Shown here: piece after piece, positions 10,783-20,588 of the stretch
How the letters are laid out: each line of letters begins with the position of its first letter
How positions within the stretch are numbered: position 1 is the first letter of the stretch
DNA from: an uncultured delta proteobacterium
GTDB taxonomy: Bacteria > Desulfobacterota > Binatia > UBA9968
NCBI GenBank assembly: GCA_963840855.1
Contig: CAWJBB010000081.1
Location: forward strand, 11,367-75,366
Reading direction: 5' to 3'
DNA: 64,000 nt
The notes under the pieces: generated by a model
What the model was told of the DNA's origin: nothing
The model's database searches: none
The model's input: only the letters and a program-made list of their open reading frames with translations
Program-made: the position numbers and the translations under genes

Positions 10783-13545
10783 ATGAACCCTCTGAATGAA
10801 TTGCTCGGACAAGGACAGTCCGTCTGGCTCGACTATATTCGGCGCAATTTGATCCGCAGCGGCGAGCTGAAGCGGATGGTGCAAGAGGATGGCGTCCGCG
10901 GCGTCACCAGTAATCCCACGATCTTTGAGAAGGCCATCGCAGGGAGCACGGACTACGATGAGGCGCTAGCCGTCGCGCTCGCGGGCGATCCCAGCGCCGC
11001 CGTGGAAAAACTCTACGAGCAGTTGGCCATCGAAGATATTCAAATGACCGCCGACGTCCTGCGCCCGGTGTTCGACGAGACGCAAGGGGGAGACGGATAC
11101 GTGAGCCTGGAGGTGTCGCCCCATCTCGCCCACGATACTCAAAGCACGATCAGCGCAGCAAAGCGCTTGAAAGCGGCCGTAAACCGGCCAAATCTGATGA
11201 TCAAGGTGCCGGCGACGCCCGAGGGGATTCCCGCCATCGAAGCGCTCATCGCCGACGGCGTGAGCGTCAACGTGACCTTGATGTTCTCCATAAGCCATTA
11301 CGAGGCCGTGGCGCGCGCCTACATCAAAGGCTTGGAACGCTGCGCCGAGCCGTCCAAGATCGCGTCTGTGGCATCGTTCTTCGTTAGCCGTGTGGATACG
11401 ATGGTGGATCGGGCCCTGGCGAGTTTAGGTACGCCGCAGGCGCAGAGCCTGCTGGGCAAAATCGCCGTCGCCAATTCCAAGCTGGTTTACAACCGGTTCC
11501 GCGAGATCTTTCATGGCGAGGGATTCGCCGCACTGCGCCAGCGCGGTGCCAGAGTGCAAAGACCGCTGTGGGCCAGCACCGGCACAAAAAACCCCGCTTA
11601 CTCCGACGTTCTCTACGTGGAAAATCTGATCGGCCCGGAAACAGTCAACACTATGCCGCCCGAAACGCTCAATGCTTTTAAAAATCATGGCAAAGTGATC
11701 GATAGCTCGGTGCGAGAAAATCTCGATCAGGCGGCGGCGGCGTTAGGACGGCTGAAAGCGCTGGGAATCGATCTCAATATTATCGCCGAAAAGCTACAGC
11801 AAGATGGTGTGGCTGCCTTCGCCGCGTCCTTCGACGCGCTACTTTCAGCGCTGGAGAAAAAGCGACAATCGATGGTTGGCGGAGAGCTAAATCGCCAGGA
11901 GCTGGAGCTAGGAAAGTATCAGGCTCGGGTCCAGCGGCGCCTGAAAAGTTGGCAGGCGGCGGGGTTCGCCGGCCGGATATGGAAAAAAGACTGGACGATC
12001 TGGTCGTCCACGCCGCAACCCGAACTGGCGGACCGCCTTGGCTGGTTGGATTTGCCGCAGAAGATGGCGCAAGACGTCGCTAATCTGGCTGCCTTCGCCG
12101 GCAAGGCAAAGGCCGACGGTATCCGCTATGTCGTGCTTCTCGGTATGGGGGGATCGAGCCTCGCGCCCGAGGTCTTTCAGAAGACTTTCGGCAATGCTCC
12201 GGGTCATCCCGAGCTAGTCATGCTCGACAGCACCCATCCCGGCGCAGTGAAAAGCGTGGAAACGAAAATTGATTTGGCGCAGAGCCTATTTCTAGTTTCG
12301 AGCAAGTCGGGCACGACCACGGAGACCAACTCATTCTTCTTCTACTTCTGGGATAAATTAAAACGGATCAAGGATGATCCCGGCCAGCATTTCGTTGCCA
12401 TCACCGATCCGGGTACCCCGCTGGAGAAGCTCGCCGCGGAAAGAAAATTCCGCGCGACTTTCAATGCGCCGGAAGACATCGGCGGCCGCTATTCCGCCCT
12501 TACGGTATTTGGTTTGGTTCCGGCTGCGCTTATCGGCGTTGATATTGGCGCTCTGCTGGCGCGCGCCCGTCGAATGAGCGAAAGCTGCGGCGCTCTAGTG
12601 GAGGAGAGTCAAAATCCCGCGCTGGCGCTGGGCGCGGCGCTGGGGGAACTGGCGCTGGCAAAGCGCGACAAAGTAACGTTCTTGTGCTCGCCGTCGCTGG
12701 GCGCTTTTCCCGATTGGGTCGAGCAACTGATCGCCGAAAGCACGGGCAAAGAGAAAAAGGGCATCGTGCCGGTGGCCAATGAAGGCGACGGAGCGCCCGA
12801 GAAATATGGCGACGATCGGTTCTTCGTTTACTTGCGCCTGAAGGGTGACGAGAATCACCGCCTTGACCGCCAGGTGGCGGCGCTGCAAGAGAACAGCCAC
12901 CCGGTGGCGCGCATTGATTTGAACGACAAGCTCGATCTCGGCCAGGAGTTTTTCCGGTGGGAATTCGCCGTGGCGGCCGCAGGGGCGGCCATCGGTATCC
13001 ATCCTTTCAATCAGCCCGATGTTCAACTCGCCAAGGATTTGGCCAAGAAAGCGATGAGCGAGAGCGCCGGCGGCAAGAAAGCGGGCGCGATACTGAGAGA
13101 TGAAGTCGCCGTTAGCGATGACGGCCAATTGCGCCAAGCGGTTGCGTCATGGCTGGGCAAGAAAAAGACGCGCGATTATGTCGTTGTCCAGGCATACCTG
13201 ACGCCGTCGCCCGAACACGCCGCAAGATTGCGGGAGGTCTCAAGGATCATCCGCGACCGGCTAGGGGTGGCCACCACGCTCGGTTTTGGCCCGCGCTTTC
13301 TCCATTCCACCGGACAGCTCCACAAAGGAGGGCCGAATTCGGCATTGGTATTACAAATCGTCGATCAGCCTGCCGATAATTTAGCCGTGCCGGAGACGAA
13401 CTATACCTTCGACGCGTTAATTCAAGCTCAAGCGCTAGGCGATTTAACGGCGCTTAAGCAACGGCGGCGGCGCGTGCTCAGAATCAATCTTGGCGGCGAA
13501 ACCTTGAGCGGACTGGATCGGTTAGTGCAGGCAGTCCGGTCTTAA
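10783..13545 (+). CDS. Bifunctional transaldolase / phosphoglucose isomerase
   Basis: N-half: GVTSNPTIF, MIKVPAT, NVTLMFS, RPLWASTG. C-half: GMGGSSL, SSKSGTT, GGRYSAL, EQLIAESTGK, FNQPDV. Confidence 0.93.
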   Translation: MNPLNELLGQGQSVWLDYIRRNLIRSGELKRMVQEDGVRGVTSNPTIFEKAIAGSTDYDEALAVALAGDPSAAVEKLYEQLAIEDIQMTADVLRPVFDETQGGDGYVSLEVSPHLAHDTQSTISAAKRLKAAVNRPNLMIKVPATPEGIPAIEALIADGVSVNVTLMFSISHYEAVARAYIKGLERCAEPSKIASVASFFVSRVDTMVDRALASLGTPQAQSLLGKIAVANSKLVYNRFREIFHGEGFAALRQRGARVQRPLWASTGTKNPAYSDVLYVENLIGPETVNTMPPETLNAFKNHGKVIDSSVRENLDQAAAALGRLKALGIDLNIIAEKLQQDGVAAFAASFDALLSALEKKRQSMVGGELNRQELELGKYQARVQRRLKSWQAAGFAGRIWKKDWTIWSSTPQPELADRLGWLDLPQKMAQDVANLAAFAGKAKADGIRYVVLLGMGGSSLAPEVFQKTFGNAPGHPELVMLDSTHPGAVKSVETKIDLAQSLFLVSSKSGTTTETNSFFFYFWDKLKRIKDDPGQHFVAITDPGTPLEKLAAERKFRATFNAPEDIGGRYSALTVFGLVPAALIGVDIGALLARARRMSESCGALVEESQNPALALGAALGELALAKRDKVTFLCSPSLGAFPDWVEQLIAESTGKEKKGIVPVANEGDGAPEKYGDDRFFVYLRLKGDENHRLDRQVAALQENSHPVARIDLNDKLDLGQEFFRWEFAVAAAGAAIGIHPFNQPDVQLAKDLAKKAMSESAGGKKAGAILRDEVAVSDDGQLRQAVASWLGKKKTRDYVVVQAYLTPSPEHAARLREVSRIIRDRLGVATTLGFGPRFLHSTGQLHKGGPNSALVLQIVDQPADNLAVPETNYTFDALIQAQALGDLTALKQRRRRVLRINLGGETLSGLDRLVQAVRS

Positions 13546-13681
13546 CGGCTCAGAACGAAGCAGGGCAGCCGTTTCAAAATCGTTCGAACAGTTCAAACCG
13601 ACTAAAAGAGATACGGCTGAAACGGCTTGAACTGCTGGAACGTTTGGAATCGCCATTCTTTAACCGGAAGGAGGAACGACT

Positions 13682-14578
13682 ATGGAATTGGGCATGATCG
13701 GTCTCGGCCGCATGGGCGCCAACATGACCGAACGGCTTGTGCTCGGCGGCCATCGAGTGGTCAGTTACGACCGCAGCCCCGAGGCGATTCAACATGTTGT
13801 CGACAAAGGCGCCTTGGGCGCCCATTCTCTTGCGGACTTTATCAAGCAACTGAGCCCGCCGCGGGCCATCTGGCTGATGGTTCCATCGGGCGACCCCGTC
13901 GATCAGACCATCGACCAATTGCGGCCGAATTTGACCAAAGGCGATGTCATCATTGACGGCGGCAACTCCAACTACAAAGATTCCATTCGCCGCGCCGAAA
14001 AGCTCAAGCAGCAAGGCTTTCACTTCGTTGACGCCGGTACCAGCGGTGGCATCTGGGGTTTGCAGGTCGGCTACTGCATGATGGTCGGCGGCGACAAAGA
14101 GATCGTCGAGCGGCTTGTGCCGATCTTCAAGACCCTCGCACCCAAAGACGGCTATCTCCACGCCGGTCCCAGCGGCGCGGGCCATTTCGTCAAGATGATT
14201 CATAACGGCGTCGAGTACGGCATGATGCAAGCCTACGGCGAGGGATTTGAGCTGCTCAATGCGTCTCAATTCGATCTCGACCTGGGGAAAATCGCTCATC
14301 TGTGGAACCAGGGGAGCGTTGTGCGTTCATGGCTCCTGGAACTCTGCGAAAGCGCCTTTGCGAAAGACCCGCGACTTTCATCGATCAAGGGTTACGTCGA
14401 AGATTCCGGCGAGGGACGCTGGACGGTGGAGGAAGCGATCGATAGAAGCGTGCCCGCGCCGGTCCTGACGCTTTCACTCTTCGCGCGTTTTGCTTCACGC
14501 CAAGGCGATTCCTTTGCGGCCAAAGTCACCGCCGCGCTGCGCAACGAGTTCGGCGGCCACGCCGTAAAAAAGGACTAG
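13682..14578 (+). CDS. gnd: 6-phosphogluconate dehydrogenase, decarboxylating (short type)
   Basis: GLGRMG, IIDGGNS, DAGTSGG, VKMIHNGVEYG and FGGH motifs. Confidence 0.95.
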   Translation: MELGMIGLGRMGANMTERLVLGGHRVVSYDRSPEAIQHVVDKGALGAHSLADFIKQLSPPRAIWLMVPSGDPVDQTIDQLRPNLTKGDVIIDGGNSNYKDSIRRAEKLKQQGFHFVDAGTSGGIWGLQVGYCMMVGGDKEIVERLVPIFKTLAPKDGYLHAGPSGAGHFVKMIHNGVEYGMMQAYGEGFELLNASQFDLDLGKIAHLWNQGSVVRSWLLELCESAFAKDPRLSSIKGYVEDSGEGRWTVEEAIDRSVPAPVLTLSLFARFASRQGDSFAAKVTAALRNEFGGHAVKKD

Positions 14579-14584
14579 ACGGCA

Positions 14585-16129
14585 ATGGCCAGCGACCCGC
14601 ACTACTATTTGCCCCAAGGTTTAGCCGGCGGCAAGAAGCCCCACGCCTGCGTGGTGACGATCTTCGGCGCGTCGGGCGACCTCACCAAACGCAAACTAAT
14701 CCCCGCGCTTTACAATCTCGCTTTAGAAAAGCGCTTGCCGGAGCGCTTCGCCGTGGTCGGTTACGCGCGCAGCGAAATGACCCATGAGGCCTTTCGCGAG
14801 AAGATGCGCGAAGCAGTCAGCGCATTCTCCAGGACCGGCTTGAAAGATGAAGCGGTGTGGCAGCAGTTCGCCAGTACACTGTATTACGTGCGCGGCGGCT
14901 ACGAGGAGAACGACGGCTATCAGAGCTTGAAAGATCTTATCGACGGCTTCGACCGCGGCAGCCGCGTGCTGCCAGCGCGGGTTTTTTATCTGGCAACGCC
15001 GCCGGACCTTTACGGAGCGGTCGTCGAGCGCATCGCAGCCGCGGGGTTGGCGCCGAAGGAAACCGACGGCGAGCCGCGCAGCCGAGTGGTAATTGAGAAA
15101 CCCTTCGGCACTGACTTGCAAACCGCGCGCGAGCTCAATCGCCGAGTGCACGAAGTGCTCGATGAGAAACAGATCTACCGGATCGATCACTATCTCGGCA
15201 AAGAAACCGTGCAGAATATCATGGTCCTCCGTTTCGCTAACGCCGTCTTCGAGCCGATTTGGAACCGCCGCTATGTCGACCACGTGCAGATTACCGCGGC
15301 GGAAACCGTCGGCGTGGAGAACCGCGGCGGTTATTACGAGGAAGCGGGCGTCGTGCGCGACATGTTTCAGAATCATTTGCTGCAGTTGCTGTGCATGACG
15401 GCGATGGAGCCGCCGGTGGGTCTCGACGCCGACGCGGTGCGCGACGAGAAAGGCAAACTGCTGAGATCGGTGCGCCAAGTGGCGCCGGAGGAAGTAGCGG
15501 GAGCGGCGGTGCGGGGACAGTACGGTCCGGGCAAGGTCGACGGCGAAGAGGTGGTCGGTTATCGACAGGAACCGGGCGTCTCAAAGACCTCGCCGACGGT
15601 AACCTACGCGGCAATCCGGCTCTTCGTCGACAACTGGCGTTGGGAAGGCGTGCCCTTTTATCTTCGCTCGGGCAAGCGCATGGCCAAGCGCGTGACCGAA
15701 GTCGCTATACAGTTCAAGCGGCCACCTCTGTTGTTGTTCAAGTCCCACGCCGTGGAAGACGTCAACCCCAACGTCTTGGTCATGCGCATTCAACCGGATG
15801 AAGGCGTATCCTTAACCTTTGAAGTCAAACCGCCCGGACATGACATAGTCATCCGTCCGCTCAGCCTTGATTTTAATTACGAGGAGGCCTTCGGCAACAG
15901 CTCGCCGGAGGCGTATGAAGCGCTGCTGGAGGATTGTATCGAGGGAGATTCGACGCTGTTCACGCGTCACGATTGGGTGGAGCTGGCCTGGTCGCTGATG
16001 GATCCGATTATTCAGGTTTGGAACCTCAGCAAGCCAAAAAACTTTCCCAACTACGAGGCCGGCAGTTGGGGTCCCCGGGAAGCGGACGAATTCATGCAGC
16101 ACGACGGGCGGCGCTGGCGCAGGCCGTAG
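14585..16129 (+). CDS. zwf: Glucose-6-phosphate 1-dehydrogenase
   Basis: GASGDL, EKPFG, RIDHYLGKE and RWEGVPFYLRSGK motifs. Confidence 0.97.
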   Translation: MASDPHYYLPQGLAGGKKPHACVVTIFGASGDLTKRKLIPALYNLALEKRLPERFAVVGYARSEMTHEAFREKMREAVSAFSRTGLKDEAVWQQFASTLYYVRGGYEENDGYQSLKDLIDGFDRGSRVLPARVFYLATPPDLYGAVVERIAAAGLAPKETDGEPRSRVVIEKPFGTDLQTARELNRRVHEVLDEKQIYRIDHYLGKETVQNIMVLRFANAVFEPIWNRRYVDHVQITAAETVGVENRGGYYEEAGVVRDMFQNHLLQLLCMTAMEPPVGLDADAVRDEKGKLLRSVRQVAPEEVAGAAVRGQYGPGKVDGEEVVGYRQEPGVSKTSPTVTYAAIRLFVDNWRWEGVPFYLRSGKRMAKRVTEVAIQFKRPPLLLFKSHAVEDVNPNVLVMRIQPDEGVSLTFEVKPPGHDIVIRPLSLDFNYEEAFGNSSPEAYEALLEDCIEGDSTLFTRHDWVELAWSLMDPIIQVWNLSKPKNFPNYEAGSWGPREADEFMQHDGRRWRRP

Positions 16130-16171
16130 AACTCCGGCAAGATCACCAATCGCGTTATTTCAAAAACCATC

Positions 16172-17173
16172 ATGGCAAGCCAGAAATTCATTCTCGCCGG
16201 CGATATCGGCGGCACCAAGACTAGTCTGGCGCTGTACTCACTGCGAAGCGGCAAGCTTAAAGTTGAGGCCAAAGAAACCTTTCCTAGCAAAGACTACTCG
16301 GGCCTGGAGGCGGTTCTCAAAGAATTTCGCGCCCATCAAACACAGCCGATACTTCGGGCGTGCTTCGGCGTCGCCGGTCCGGTGATCGACGGGAAAGTGA
16401 AGACACCCAATCTGCCGTGGGTGATTCGCGCCGGTCAGGTGGCTAAGGCGTTCAAGCTCAAAACCGTCACCTTGTTGAATGATCTCGAGGCCGCTGCCTA
16501 TGGAATCTTCACGCTCAAGCCGCGCGAGCTTTTCACGCTAAATTCAGGCAAAGGCAAGAGGCCCGGCAACAAGGCGCTGATCGCGGCCGGCACCGGCCTG
16601 GGCGAAGCGGCGCTATTCGATAACGGCGAGGAATATTTTCCATCCGCATCGGAGGGAGGCCACGGCGACTTCGCGCCGCGCAACGAGGTCGAAGTCGAGC
16701 TTTTGCGCTACCTGATCGGCAAGTTCGGCCACGTAAGCTACGAGCGCGTCGTATCGGGCCCCGGACTGTGGAATATTTATGAATACCTCAAACAGAGCGG
16801 ACGGCTCGAGGAACCTCGCTGGCTAACCGATAAACTCGCCGCGGCCGATGACCGGAGCGCCGTGGTGACGCAGCTCGCGCTGGCAGGCGAGAGCGCGATC
16901 TGCGAGCGGGCTCTGGAGCTGTTCGTTTCGGTGTACGGCGCGGAGGCGGGCAACCTGGCGCTGCGCGCCAAAGCCACCGGCGGCATTTACCTGGGCGGCG
17001 GCATCGCGCCGAAAATTCTTGGAAAACTCCAGGATCAAACTTTTATGCGCGCGTTCACCGACAAGGGCCGCTACGGCGAACTTCTTTCCGCCATACCCGT
17101 GCGGGTAATCTTGAACGAGCAGACCGCCCTACAGGGCGCAGCCTACTACGCCGCCTTTAGAGCCCATGGCTGA
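16172..17173 (+). CDS. glk: Glucokinase
   Basis: GDIGGTKT, LNDLEA, GTGLG, SEGGH and SYERVVSGPGL motifs. Confidence 0.95.
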   Translation: MASQKFILAGDIGGTKTSLALYSLRSGKLKVEAKETFPSKDYSGLEAVLKEFRAHQTQPILRACFGVAGPVIDGKVKTPNLPWVIRAGQVAKAFKLKTVTLLNDLEAAAYGIFTLKPRELFTLNSGKGKRPGNKALIAAGTGLGEAALFDNGEEYFPSASEGGHGDFAPRNEVEVELLRYLIGKFGHVSYERVVSGPGLWNIYEYLKQSGRLEEPRWLTDKLAAADDRSAVVTQLALAGESAICERALELFVSVYGAEAGNLALRAKATGGIYLGGGIAPKILGKLQDQTFMRAFTDKGRYGELLSAIPVRVILNEQTALQGAAYYAAFRAHG

Positions 17174-17912
17174 ACGGCAAATCATCATCTGCCGCGACAA
17201 CGCCGATCTAAGCGAGCGCGCGGCGGAAGAATTCGTCCGGCTGGCCAGGCAGGCGATTCAATTAGCAGGCCGGTTCACGGTTGCCCTATCTGGCGGCTCG
17301 ACTCCCAAGGCGCTGTATACGCTGCTCGCTACGCCCGGTTTTGCGCAGCGCCTTTCTTGGAACCGCGTTCATCTATTCTGGGGTGACGAGCGCTGCGTGC
17401 CGCCGGATCATCCGGAGAGCAATTACCGGATGGTTGAAGAAACGCTGATATCGAAGATTCAGATTCCGCAGGAAAACGTGCACCGCATGGCCGGTGAGAA
17501 AGCACCGCAAATTGCGGCGCGGGAATATGAAGCCGAATTGAAAAAGTTCTTCGAACTCGCTGACGGCGCGCTACCGCGCTTCGATTTAATCTTGCTCGGC
17601 CTGGGCGAAGACGGCCACACCGCGTCGCTTTTTCCGGGAAGCGCCGCGTTGAACGAAGAAGAGCATCTCGTTGCGGCGGTATATGTTGATAAAATGAATA
17701 CCTATCGGTTGACGCTGACGTTGCCGGTGTTGAACGCTGGAAAGGAAGTCATCTTCCTCGTCGCCGGCTCAAGCAAAGCGGCCATCGTGAAAGAGCTGCT
17801 CGGCGGCCAGGCAAGCGCGACGAATTATCCCGCCGCAAAAATTCAAGCGCGCGACGGCAAGCTTATCTGGATGATAACGGCAGATGCCGCGCCGCCGGAA
17901 AAGATTATTTAA
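17166..17912 (+). CDS. pgl: 6-phosphogluconolactonase
   Basis: ALSGGSTP, WGDERCVPPDHPESNY and LGLGEDGHTASLFP motifs. Confidence 0.95.
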   Translation: MAERQIIICRDNADLSERAAEEFVRLARQAIQLAGRFTVALSGGSTPKALYTLLATPGFAQRLSWNRVHLFWGDERCVPPDHPESNYRMVEETLISKIQIPQENVHRMAGEKAPQIAAREYEAELKKFFELADGALPRFDLILLGLGEDGHTASLFPGSAALNEEEHLVAAVYVDKMNTYRLTLTLPVLNAGKEVIFLVAGSSKAAIVKELLGGQASATNYPAAKIQARDGKLIWMITADAAPPEKII

Positions 17913-17994
17913 CCACTGACAAATTAGGATTTACCACGAAGTGATTCATGATCTTACGCTCGCCCACAGAGAATGAAAATGGAGGATTCCCCTC

Positions 17995-18105
17995 GTAGCC
18001 CGGATGGAGCAAAGCGTAATCCGGGTTTCTTCATTCACGCACGCCGTTGCCTCTGCCACGTCCCATGTCACCTTCCTGGATTCCGCTTCGCTCCATCCAG
18101 GCTAC
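17995..18105. repeat. GTAG-type REP doublet
   Basis: GTAGCCCGGATGGAGC...ATCCGGG with an inverted partner CCTGGATTCC...GCTCCATCCAGGCTAC. Confidence 0.7.
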
Positions 18106-18238
18106 AATTCTGACAACATTCAGGATCTACCACGAAGGTCACGAAGAACACGAAGGAAAGAGAGAGTTAACCATAGAGGGCATGTTTTCCTCCCGCTTTT
18201 TGCTGCTAACCACTCACGCCTCGCGCCTAACGAATAAC

Positions 18239-18355
18239 TCAATCCGCCATTGCCAGCACGTTCGGCGGGATCGTCAGCCCGATCTGTTTTGCCGCCTTGA
18301 GATTTATAATGAACTCAAACTTCTTCGGCTGCTCCATAAGCAGATCCGCAGGCTT
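18239..18355 (-). pseudogene. C-terminal remnant of an ABC transporter substrate-binding protein (copy 1)
   Basis: Minus strand reads [38 protein letters not shown]; no N-terminal part is present. Confidence 0.75.
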
Positions 18356-18414
18356 GTGATTCATTGACGGTAAAATACCTGCGTGATAAAAATATCAAAC
18401 GAACCGAGGCCTGG

Positions 18415-18981
18415 ATGTCTACTCCCATGCACATTCCGAAAGGGAAGATTGTTCTCACCTATGAGGACTACGTCCTTTTGCCCAACGATCGCAACCGGTA
18501 TGAGATTCTCGAAGGAGAACTTACCGTGACGCCAGCCCCTAGCACAAAGCATCAAACAGCCTCGGGAAATCTTTTCGTTCTTCTTGCTCATTACATTAAG
18601 CAACGTGACTTAGGCAAACTCTTCTATGCTCCCATCGATCTCATCTTAGAGTCTACTTCGGTGCTGCAACCTGACCTTCTTTTCGTATCTAAAGACCGTC
18701 AGCACATCATCACTGAGAGGGCCATCGAGGGCGTTCCTGATCTAGTGATAGAGATCCTGTCGCCAGGAACAAGTCGCACTGACCGAGTAACCAAGGCCCA
18801 GATTTATGCCCGCTACCGCGTCCCTGCATACTGGATCGTGGATCCCGAGCAGGAGGTTATCGAGATTTATCTGCCAGAAGCAGATGGCTATCGGCTGGCA
18901 GCCACCCTTCAGGGAGCGACGCCAACTATTGCTCCGCCATTCACAGAGCTTGAGATTGTCGCAAGAGATGTATTTGTCTAA
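18415..18981 (+). CDS. Uma2-family (DUF820) putative endonuclease
   Basis: TYEDY, RYEILEGEL, QPDL, PDLVIEILSPGT and YWIVDP motifs. Confidence 0.9.
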   Translation: MSTPMHIPKGKIVLTYEDYVLLPNDRNRYEILEGELTVTPAPSTKHQTASGNLFVLLAHYIKQRDLGKLFYAPIDLILESTSVLQPDLLFVSKDRQHIITERAIEGVPDLVIEILSPGTSRTDRVTKAQIYARYRVPAYWIVDPEQEVIEIYLPEADGYRLAATLQGATPTIAPPFTELEIVARDVFV

Positions 18982-19091
18982 GCGATACAACCATTCCAGC
19001 CTCATTTCTCTCTCTTCATAAATCACTCTTCGAACGTTACCGCTTAACATAGGCGATTCCTGACGGGATTTCCTCGTTTCCCGTGGGCAAT

Positions 19092-19292
19092 TCATCTAAT
19101 GACGTTTTTCGCTCTTGCAAGCACATTCGGCGGAATCGCCTACCGATTTTGGATTTTCGTCTACGGGGGCCGCTTTTGGATTTTAGATTGTTCGGTCATC
19201 GGATTACTTTGTCGGCTCTAGCCAGAACATTGGGAGGAATTGTTAACCCGATCTGCTTCGCCGTCTTGAGATTAATAACGAATTCGAACTTC
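19092..19292 (-). pseudogene. Two further remnants of the same ABC substrate-binding C-terminus (copies 2 and 3)
   Basis: 19092-19139 reads [15 protein letters not shown]. 19196-19292 reads [31 protein letters not shown]. Confidence 0.75.
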
Positions 19293-19671
19293 GGAGAGCT
19301 GGGGCGCCACGGGAGCCTGATCAACAAAGAATACGGCGCGAGTTTTCGCCCCGGCTTCGTCACGACGGACTTGCCCCTTACCGAGGACAAGCCTCTTGAG
19401 TTCGGCGTTCAGGACTTTTGCATGAACTGCAATGTCTGCCAGCTCAACTGTCCCGGCGACGCCATTCCCCAGGGGTCATGTCATGACGCAAGGTACCAAG
19501 CGCTGGTTGATCGATCTGGAGAAGTGTTATCCCTACTCCCGCCTGCGCGACGAATACTGCCATCTGTGCGTCGACGTATGTCCCTACAACGTGAAATCTC
19601 ATCCGGAGACTTACAAAGCATTCATGAAGGAACGCAAACAAGTCGGCTACAAAACGCCGAAGTCGTGGTAA
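19293..19671 (+). pseudogene. 5'-truncated, frameshifted reductive dehalogenase/QueG-like 2x[4Fe-4S] domain
   Basis: [10 protein letters not shown]...YG...VTTDLPL..DKP..FG..DFCMNCNVCQLNCPGDAI, then a frame change at ~19470, then KCYPY...CHLCVDVCPYN. No start codon or N-terminal domain. Confidence 0.7.
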
Positions 19672-19678
19672 AAACAAA

Positions 19679-19891
19679 ATGGACAAGCTCTACGTCAATG
19701 AAATTCGCCCGGATGGCGACGTGAGCACGGTGGGTCTGTTCTACTCGCGCGCCGAAGCGGAAAATATCGTCGCCCAACTTCGGAGTATCCCGGAAAAAGC
19801 CAGTTGTTTTTATGAGATCAATGAGGCTGTCGGCGGTTCTCCGTCGACAAATCCGCGTAAACAATCGCGCGGACCTGGATTCGAACGGTGA
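19679..19891 (+). CDS. Small hypothetical protein
   Basis: ATG start 7 bp after the upstream stop; protein-like composition only. Confidence 0.4.
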   Translation: MDKLYVNEIRPDGDVSTVGLFYSRAEAENIVAQLRSIPEKASCFYEINEAVGGSPSTNPRKQSRGPGFER

Positions 19892-19944
19892 GCCGTCGCA
19901 GGTTAGTTTACGCAAGGTAGCGCGGTGATACGTAAATCGCGGGC

Positions 19945-20529
19945 CTAGGAAATTTTGTTAACCGCCTGAAGCACCTGCTGATTCGTCGGTCTTTTCCTGT
20001 AGTCCACCTCGACGAACTTCCAGCGCACGATTCCCTGTTTGTCGATCACGTAGGTCGCTGGATGCGGCCAACCCTTACCATCAGGGTTAAATAGGCCGTA
20101 GCGGTCGATGACCTTGTGGTTCCTGTCTTCGAGAAACGGAAAGTCGTAGTTTCCGGGGGAACGCTCTTGCAGTTTTTGGATGAACTTTTTTGAGAGATCG
20201 TGACTGTCGATGCTAACTGCAAGGATTTCAACCGTGTCTTTCTCCTTGAGCAAGTCTTTCAGCTCGCCGAGCTGCTGTGCGCAGTAGGGTCACCAGTGGC
20301 CACGATAGAATACCAGGACAACGTTTTTCTTGCCGCGAAAGTCGAACAGTGAAATTCGTCTCCCGGTCATATCCTCCAGCGTGAAATCCGGCGCGGCCTG
20401 GTCGACTTTCACGCGCTCCAAATCGGTCGCCGGCAGGTTGCCGCCGTCTTTGGGTCCCAGCTGGGCAAAGGCGGAGGCGTAAACGACCGAGAAGATAAAC
20501 AGCAAGGGTAGTACAACCTTGGAATTCAT
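19945..20529 (-). CDS. Exported AhpC/TSA peroxiredoxin-like selenoprotein (UxxC), read through UGA at 20290-20292
   Basis: Two consecutive ORFs in one frame are joined by a single TGA, giving VLVFYRGHW-U-PYCAQQLGEL. Signal peptide, APDFTL, AVSID and PATYVIDKQGIVRW motifs; AGGAGG RBS. Confidence 0.9.
20260..20274 (-). promoter_or_regulatory. Candidate bacterial SECIS hairpin
   Basis: CAGCUC-GGC-GAGCUG: a perfect 6-bp stem with a G-led loop, starting 16 nt after the UGA. Confidence 0.65.
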
Positions 20530-20588
20530 GATTCCTCCTTTGCTTTGATTAACGGTTTACGCTGTTTTCTAGTTCCCGGTACGGCGGA

